Positions 57,201-64,000 of a stretch of 64,000 nt of DNA are shown piece after piece. Both the position numbers and the translations under genes were made by a program. The notes beneath the pieces are model-generated. The model did not search any database, was not told the DNA's origin, and saw nothing but the letters and a program-made list of their open reading frames with translations. This DNA is from Stegostoma tigrinum (lineage: Eukaryota), in assembly GCF_030684315.1 (NCBI RefSeq), contig NC_081378.1:16484575-16548574 (forward strand), read 5' to 3'. The first letter of the stretch is position 1. Each line of letters opens with the position of its first letter.

Positions 57201-60170
57201 CCTACCTCCCCACCTATACTCTCCTCTCCACCTATCTTCTTTTCTCTCCATCTTCGGTCCGCCTCCCCCCTCTCTCCCTATTTATTCCAGTTCCCTCTCC
57301 CCATCCCCCTCTCTGATGAAGGGTCTAGGCCCGAAACGTCAGCTTTTGTGCTCCTGAGATGCTGCTTGGCCTGCTGTGTTCATCCAGCTCCAGACTTTGT
57401 TATCTCCAATTATTGTACAGACCTATCTAATTCAAAAATATGCCTCAGGAAATGTACTCTGTTGGCCAAATGTGACTCCTGACCCACAATGATGTGGGTG
57501 ACATTCTGAAATAGCCTGGAGAACTACTTAGCTGTAATATGGATAGGAAATAAATTCTCACGTTGCTAGAGACACACAGTATTCTGTTATTGACTAATAA
57601 TGAAAATGTGTCCCAATAAATGGTGGGACAAGTCATGGGAAGAGATGAATGTTTGAGTGGGTTCAATGACCCAGAAACTGAGTGAGCTTTTCTGCCTCCA
57701 TTCCCATTTTCTATAGTTGGTGTTCCAGAACAGATTAAGGGATGCAGGTAATGTGATAAGTTAAATCAGTCGACTCTGTTTTCTCCCTGCAGGACGCACT
57801 TGCTACATCTGCGGTCCGCTCTTTAGCCACACTGTATGGAACACGCTATAGGATCGGGTCTATCTGTGAAGCAATATGTAAGTACAATAACAGCATTCCA
57901 TAACTTCTCTTTCTTTAGGATCAGCCTTGTCTGAATCTGTAACACACTTGCCCCTGAGCCCAGAAAGTTAACAGTTCAAGTCCTGGAGAATTAAGAACAT
58001 GATTTAGACAGCGACTCCAGTGCAGTACTGAGGGAGTACTGCAGTGTCATAGGTACCAACTTTCAGCTGAAGCCCAGGAGACCCCTTCGGGTGGTCATGA
58101 AGGATTTCATAGCAGTGTTTTGAAAGACCAGGAGCCTGTCTGTCCTGGCCAATATCTATTCCTCAATTAACAACAATAAAATAAAATATTTGTAGGAGCA
58201 AATTACTGTAGAAATCCATTGTCAAGGGTTATATAGCATAGCATTTAGAAAGCAATGGCAGGATCAGACAGAGTCAGGATGGATTTATGAGGGGGAAATC
58301 ATGCTTGACAAATTTGTTGGAATTCTATGAAGATGCAACTAGTAGAGTTGATGGGAGAGTTAGTTGATGTAGTATATCTGGACTTTAAGAAAGTGTTTGA
58401 CAAAGGCCCACAGATGAGATTAATGTGCAAGATTAAAGCGCATGGGATTGGAGGAAGTGTATTGCGATGGATAAGAAACTGGTTGGCAGAGAGAAAACAG
58501 AGAGTAGGAATTAACAGGTCCTTTTCAAATTGGCAGGCAGTAACTAGTGGGGTATTGGTGCGGGGACCCCAGCTATTCACAATATATGTTAATTATTTGG
58601 ATGAGGGAACAAAATGTAATATGTCCAAGTTTGCAGATGATACCGATTTGGGTGGGAGGGTGAACTGTGACGAGAATGCAGAGATCCTCTACCAGGATCT
58701 GGGCAGGTTGGGTGAGTGGGCAAATCAATGGAAGATGCAGTAGAATGTGGATAAAAGTGAGGTTATTCACTTTGGAAGGAAAAACAAAAGGATTGATTAC
58801 TACCTGAATGGCTGTAAATTGGGAGAAGGGAATGTGCAGCAGGACCTGGGTGTCCTTGTGCACCTGTTGCTGAACATAAGCATGTAGGTGCAGCAGGCGG
58901 TAAAGAAGGTAAATGCTATGTTGCCTTCACAGTGAGAGGTTTTGAGTACAGGAGCAGGGATGTGTTGTTGCAGTTGTACAGGGCCATGGCAAGACCACAC
59001 CTAGAATAGTGTGTGCAGCTTTGGTCTCTCTTTCTGAGGAAGGATGCTCTTGCTCTTGAGGGTGTGCAGCGAAGGTTTACCAGGCTGATACTAGGGATGG
59101 CTGGTCTGACATATGAGTAGAGATTGACCAGGTTGGGATTGCTTTCTCTGGAGTTCAGACAAATGAGGGGAGATCTCATAGAGACTTGTAAAATTCTAAC
59201 AGGACTGGACAAAATAGATGCAGGGAGGTGCTGATGGTGGGTGTGTCAGACCAGGAGTCACAGCATGAGGATTCGGGACTCAAGGATTTAGGATCGAGAT
59301 GAGGAGATACTTCTTTGCCCAGAGAGTGGTGAGTCTGTGGAATTCATTACCACAGGAAGTAGTTGATGTGAAAACATTGTATGTATTCAAGAGGCGACTA
59401 GATATAGCACTTGGGGCAAATGGGATCAAAGGTTATGGGAAGAAATCAGGATTGGGCTACTGAGTTGGACAATCAGCTGTGATCGTGAAGAATGGTGGAG
59501 CAGGTCGAAGGGCCAACTGTCCTCCTGCTGCTCCTATCTTCCATGTTTCTAGACGCTGGAATCTGTACTGGAAACAAAAACAAGAAATCACAGCACGTCA
59601 GAGAGCGTTCATAGAGTCAGCAAGTGACTGATGAAAGGTATCTGGACTCAAAACATTAGCTTGCTCTCTCTCTCTCACTCACTCTCACTCCCCAGGTGCT
59701 GCCTGACCTGCTGTGATTTCCAGCCTTTTATTGTTTTTAGAACAAAGTATCTGGTTGTTTATCATTGCCGTTTGTGACAGCATGGAAATTATCTGCTGAT
59801 TTTCCTTCTTTGTAATAGTCACTGCATTCAAAAATCACTTAGCTGGCTGTAAAATGGTTCTCCTGAGGTTGTGAATGGTGCTGTAGAGTTGCAAATCTTA
59901 CTTTCTCTGAGGCAAGGTGCATGAATAGATTATAAAACACTCTGGGGCCGAATTGTTTTTCTTACTCTCCCTGTTTCGATTTCAGACCAAGCCAGTGGGG
60001 GCAGTATTGACTGGACATACAACCAAGGCATCACGTTTTCCTTCGCCTTTGAACTCCGTGACACAGGTCGCTATGGTTTCTTGCTACCATCCAATCAGAT
60101 TGTCCCAACCGCTGAGGAGACTTGGTTGGCGATGAAGACGATCATGAGTTATGTTAATGACCGCTCATGA
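45148..60170 (+). CDS. CPA2: Pancreatic procarboxypeptidase A (M14A), CPA2-like; 11 exons, 1257 nt / 418 aa
   Basis: Exons 45148-45212, 46175-46256, 47039-47173, 48210-48308, 49073-49174, 52109-52210, 53531-53641, 54645-54735, 55370-55569, 57793-57877, 59986-60170; all GT-AG and in phase. Signal peptide and propeptide present. Zinc ligands H69/E72 (GIHARE) and H196 (IHSYSQ); R127, N144/R145, Y248, I255 and E270 (FELRD) intact. The family is certain; CPA2 versus CPA1/CPA4 is inferred from the extra Cys pair, Ala268, exon number and synteny. Confidence 0.9.
46175..46256 (+). CDS. CPA2: CPA exon 2 (propeptide)
   Basis: [27 protein letters not shown]. Confidence 0.93.
47039..47173 (+). CDS. CPA2: CPA exon 3 (propeptide)
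   Basis: [45 protein letters not shown]. Confidence 0.94.
47280..47775 (+). repeat. TG-rich low-complexity region
   Basis: Degenerate (TG)n/(TATG)n. Confidence 0.8.
48210..48308 (+). CDS. CPA2: CPA exon 4
   Basis: [33 protein letters not shown]. Confidence 0.94.
48650..48960 (+). mobile_element. Two short tRNA-like SINEs; also at 33241-33350 and 5296-5370
   Basis: Repeated gtagtgtccctacctctgag...gttca..cccacctgctcca...caggttgatta. Confidence 0.7.
49073..49174 (+). CDS. CPA2: CPA exon 5
   Basis: [34 protein letters not shown]. Confidence 0.95.
49434..51584 (+). mobile_element. Penelope-like retroelement (Neptune-like): 5'-truncated RT + Zn-knuckle + GIY-YIG, with inverted 5' pLTR copy
   Basis: RT motifs [16 protein letters not shown] and RYIDD; [10 protein letters not shown]; [29 protein letters not shown]; one frameshift near 50440; 49434-49824 is the reverse complement of the 3' end; TSD TATCTAAATGAATTTG at 49418-49433 and 51585-51600. 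Confidence 0.93.
49530..49561 (-). ncRNA. Minimal type I hammerhead ribozyme in the inverted pLTR
   Basis: Minus strand CU-CUGAUGA-A-GGG(UCUAGG)CCU-GAAAC-GUC-AG. Confidence 0.75.
52109..52210 (+). CDS. CPA2: CPA exon 6 (zinc-binding HxxE)
   Basis: [34 protein letters not shown]. Confidence 0.96.
53105..53420 (+). mobile_element. tRNA-derived SINE with LINE-derived tail; copies at 39340-39660 (+), 35140-35370 (-), 23780-24270 (-), 56367-57530 (+)
   Basis: A/B boxes (agtggtattagc / gggttcaaat), shared core ggtctggcctacatgtgactccagacc. Confidence 0.75.
53531..53641 (+). CDS. CPA2: CPA exon 7
   Basis: [37 protein letters not shown]. Confidence 0.96.
54645..54735 (+). CDS. CPA2: CPA exon 8
   Basis: [30 protein letters not shown]. 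Confidence 0.96.
55370..55569 (+). CDS. CPA2: CPA exon 9
   Basis: [67 protein letters not shown]. Confidence 0.96.
56125..56325 (+). mobile_element. tRNA-derived SINE of a further family; split copies at 16845-17325 and 43600-43995
   Basis: Shared gatgcagagtg...gttcaattcc...gaggtta...taaa.cacc...ctctaa.gagaga; two copies interrupted by later insertions. Confidence 0.6.
56632..56663 (-). ncRNA. Minimal type I hammerhead ribozyme
   Basis: Minus strand CUGAUGA-A-GGG(UCUUGG)CCC-GAAAC-GUC. Confidence 0.72.
57311..57342 (+). ncRNA. Minimal type I hammerhead ribozyme (sense to CPA intron 9)
   Basis: CU-CUGAUGA-A-GGG(UCUAGG)CCC-GAAAC-GUC-AG. Confidence 0.78.
57793..57877 (+). CDS. CPA2: CPA exon 10
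   Basis: [28 protein letters not shown]. Confidence 0.95.
57945..59905 (+). mobile_element. Deu-domain SINE (SacSINE1/AmnSINE1-like) split into 57945-58180 and 59740-59905; decayed copies at 8790-9135, 25100-25330, 60740-60910
   Basis: actccagtgcagtactgagggagtactgca...tgtcctggccaatatctattcctcaa matches remembered Deu-SINE consensus. Confidence 0.7.
58190..59550 (+). mobile_element. CR1 LINE fragment inserted in a Deu-SINE
   Basis: [21 protein letters not shown]; stops and frameshifts. Confidence 0.9.
59986..60170 (+). CDS. CPA2: CPA exon 11 (catalytic E270, stop)
   Basis: [61 protein letters not shown]. Confidence 0.96.
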
Positions 60171-60994
60171 TCTTTATTCCAATTGGTGACACCAAAGAAT
60201 TCAGGATGACACAGAGCTCGGATTGTGGATAGACTTGTCCTTCAATGATCATTCATTCTTGTCAAACATTGTAATTTGCAACCACTTCCACTGAGCTGCC
60301 TCTGTCTTACTTGTATTTCCGACATGCAGCATCAGGTAACTGAATGAGCAACAAAATCCCACAATCAAAAATATAAAAGTCAGAAATGGGCAATTATGGC
60401 TGATATCTGGAATTCAATCCTTCTGACTGGTGTTGAAATTTTTCTTATTGCAAAGAGAAACAAATAGATGCAAAACGGTCCTGGATGGCAGAGGAATGCG
60501 ATTCTGTGCTTACCCATATTATTGGGTGGTAGTTGTTTAAACTCAGCAAACCCTTCACAAATCTTTCAACACTCTTCCCCTGAGCACAGATAATCCTTCT
60601 CCAATCATTAAAAATAAAGTTAACTTGTCTTTTTGTAACAATTCTCACACTCAGAAAACCCCAAAGCACGTCAGAACCAATGAAATACTCTTCCAGTTCC
60701 GGTCCAGGAATGTTGGGAATGGTCCAAAGCAACATTCTGGCATAGTGTTGAGGGAGTGCTACATTATCTGAGGCAGTATCATTCAGATTAAGCCAAGGCC
60801 TCACCTGCCCTCCCAGGTGGCTATGGAAGGTCTGTGCTCAAAGAACAGTAGGAAGTTCAACTGGTGTCCTAGTAATTTTTTTTATCTCTCAACCAAATCA
60901 GGTTATTGGGCCTTTGATGCATATAGCTTACCTGTGGTTCGAAGATACTTAATTAGTGTTGAAATGTTTTGGGAAGCTCTGAGATTGTGAGATA

Positions 60995-62605
60995 CAGCTG
61001 CTTCATCAATGACCTTCCCTCTATCATAAGGTCAGAAATGGAGATGTTCGCTGATGATTGCACAGTGCTCAGCACCATTTGTGACTCCCCGGATATTGAA
61101 GCAGTCCACGTTCGAATGCAACACAATTTGGACAATGTCCAAGCTGGGTTGACAAATGGTAAGTAATATTTGCACCATGTAAACGCCAGGCTATAACTAC
61201 CTCCAATAAGAGCCAATCTAACCACCATCCCTTGACATTCAATGGTGTTACCGTCACTGAATTCCCCACTACCAACATCCTGGGAGTTATCATTGATCAA
61301 AAGCTCAACTGAACACATCGCATAAACACAGAGGCTACAAGCCGGTCAGTGGCTAGGAATACAGCAGCGAGTAACACACCTCCTGATTCCCCATGCTTGG
61401 ATGGGTGCAGCTCCAACACTCAGGAAGCTTGACACCATCCAGGTCAAAACAGATCCAGACACCACATCCACAAGCATTCACTCCCTCCACTGAAACTCAG
61501 TCGCAGCAGTGTGTACTATCTACAAGAGAACACAGAACATAGAACATTACAGCACAGTACAGGCCCTTCGGCCCTCGATGTTGTGCCGACCTGTCATACC
61601 GATCTCAAGCCCATCTAACCTACACTATTCCATGTACGTGCATATGATTATCCAATGACGAAGTAAATGTACCTAAAGTTGCGAATCTACCACCACTGCA
61701 GGCAAAGCATTCCATTCCCTTACTACTCTGTGAGTAAAGAAACTACCTCTAACATCTGTCCTATATCTTTCACCCCTCAATTTAAAGCTATGCTCCCTCG
61801 CGCTCACCGTCACCATCCTAGGAAAAAGGCTCTCCCTATCCACCCTATCTAACCCTCTGATTATTTTATAAGTTCCAATTAAGTCACCTCTCAACCTTCT
61901 TCTTTCTAATGAAAACAGCCTCAAGTCCCTCAGCCTTTCCTCGTAAGACCTTCCCTCCATACCAGGCAACATCCTAGTAAATCTCCTCTGCACCCTTTCC
62001 AAAGCTTCCACATCCTCCTTATAATGCAGTGACCAGAACTGTACACTATACTCCAACTGTGGCCGCACCAGAGTTTTGTACAGCTTCACCATAACCTCTT
62101 GATTCCGGAACTTGATCCCTCTATTAATAAAAGCTAAAACACTGTATGCCTTCTTAACAGCCCTGTCAACCTGGGTGGCAACTTTCAAGGATCTGTGTAC
62201 ATGGACACCAAGATCTCTCTGCTCATCTACACTACTAAGAATCTTACCATTAGCCCAGTACTTTGCCTTCCGGTTACTCCTAGGCACTGCAGAAATTCCC
62301 TAAGGATCCTTGGACAAAGATTCTTCCAAACCTGTGAACACTTCTATCTAGAAGGACAAGGACACAGATACATGGGAACACCACCACTTACAAGCTCTCC
62401 TCTAAGCCACTCATCAACTTAGACATATATTGCCATTTCTTCACTGTCACTGGGTAAAAATCCTGTAATTCCCACCCTAAGGGCGGTGTGGGTCAACCCA
62501 CAGCAGGTGGACTGCAGCAGTTTGAGAAGGTGGCTCACCATCATCTTTTTAATGCCAACCAGAGATGGACAATAAATTCTGGCCCAGCCAGCAATGCCCA
62601 TGTCC
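60995..62605 (+). mobile_element. CR1/L2-clade LINE 3' portion; related remnants at 630-1235 (-), 1500-2590 (-), 3720-4440 (+)
   Basis: FINDLPSIIRSEMEMFADDCT; tail ggacaataaattctggcccagccagcaatgcccatgtccc; sequence resumes after the CR1 insert. Confidence 0.8.
61525..62282 (-). mobile_element. Young CR1 LINE 3' fragment inserted in another LINE
   Basis: 204-aa open frame with LYKTLVRPQLEYSVQFWS and LERVQRRFTRMLPG; 3' UTR adjacent. Confidence 0.92.
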
Positions 62606-64000
62606 CAAGCACGTCCTTTCTTTTGAGATGCAGTTGCTGTTATTTTGTGCATCAATGTGGCAGATAACTGGCATACAGCAAAGCAAATAACATAACAAGA
62701 GACCCGTTAATCTGTTTTGCGGGTATTATTTGAGGGTTAATGACAATGAGGACACTTGAGAAGCTGTCCTGTGCTTCAAATAATGGTATAGCAGCATTTA
62801 CATTAAGTTAAACTGCTGGATTAGGCCTCAGTTTAACCCAGAGGCAAAAATTCTGAGACCTAAATGTTTCATTTGAAAGGGAGCACCTCTGAAAATACTG
62901 CAATCTCTCAAAATTACAATACATAAGCCTAAATGTCTCCTAAGCAACTGTGTTTCTCACTCTTGCCCTTTAAGATCCTCCTTAAACTCCATCTCTTTGA
63001 TCAAGATTTTGTGTATCCTTCCTAATATCTCTTCCTTTATCTCCACCCTCACATTTTGCTGACTGCGCTTCTTGGGTAATTTTCCTGAATTAAAAGAACT
63101 AAATAAATGCAAGTTCCTGATGCTGTTAGCAGACTGAAAATTTTGGCTCGATATTTGCCCTTAAATTAGGAAAGTTAAATGTTATTATATTACGGAGTCA
63201 CATGTGTGGGAATAAAATGTTAGCTTCAAGCTATGGTCTGCACTGAGCTCTCCAGTAGGTTAGAGTTGGTAGCATTACAGAGGTCCTGGGAGGACTGATT
63301 AGACCTCCTGGCCCTGATCATTGTTCAGACATCACTAACCCCAAACCTGATGAGTTATGTAGAGCAAGTGAAGGCTTGGCCATGACTATAATGATTCCAT
63401 TGTAAAATAGCCCGTGGACACTTCATGCTCGAACTCTTGAAGAGCTGGAAGATAGTGACTAGTGAGTGTGGAAGCGTATCCAGGAGGGAGTTGAAAGCTT
63501 GATGGAAGAAGGGAGAAAGGAAAAATTGAATTAAAAACAGGCTGCGGGGGGCTAGCAAGGAGAGCCTTGAATAAAATATTCCTTAAATCCAAGGTTATAT
63601 TTCAGAAATGCAGGATTTTCAATTTAATTTAACAACATCCTGATCATTCGGAACTCCTTAATTACAGGGTCAGGATTTGTTTGCTGAAACTGAATATACC
63701 TCGCGAGCTGATGTTCATTACTTCCGTGTACCCTTTGTTTTGATAGTCCTCGATGTCACAGCCACCCTGATGAAAGGGCAGCTAATGACCAACTCCTGGC
63801 CAAAAATACTGAGCAATTGACATCACATTTAAACACAATAGATCATTTTAGTATGAGGAGGGTTTTGGTAGAGGGAGGAATGTTGGCCGTGGCACCAGGA
63901 GAACGCCCTTGTTCAGTTACTAATGCTTTGAATCATTTCAACTATTTGGACAGTTGGTGCCTTGTTAACAGCATTCCAACAGTTTAGCGCAGCCACGTGT

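Larger units (their letters stand above)
56536..57405. mobile_element. Fold-back PLE derivative made of two inverted pLTRs
   Basis: Left arm to ~57011 is the reverse complement of the right arm; TSD CCAATTATTGTACAG at 56521-56535 and 57406-57420; interrupts a SINE. Confidence 0.92.

Noticed and set aside
63766-63800. CTGATGAAAGGG resembling a hammerhead start
   Set aside because: No GAAA or closing helix follows.

Overview
Vertebrate genomic DNA, very likely an elasmobranch (shark), judged from HE1-type V-SINEs, Deu-SINEs, CR1 LINEs and Penelope-like elements (PLEs). Two complete spliced genes were reconstructed by hand. TMEM209 lies on the minus strand (14 coding exons, 41311->21744, 564 aa). 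A pancreatic carboxypeptidase A with CPA2-type diagnostics lies head-to-head with it on the plus strand (11 exons, 45148->60170, 418 aa). A third, unidentified minus-strand gene appears to start at a TATA/CpG promoter near 14.3 kb. The rest is mostly nested retroelements. Two things stand out. (1) A set of PLE insertions from at least three families, from an RT + GIY-YIG copy down to 150-870 bp fold-back derivatives; these carry minimal hammerhead ribozymes, target-site duplications and an asymmetric 33-39 nt tail. (2) An unexplained ~460 nt CpG-retaining, multi-branched structured island in a TMEM209 intron (26.2-26.7 kb), a candidate undescribed ncRNA. All calls are by eye; no database search or folding program was run, and repeat boundaries are approximate.
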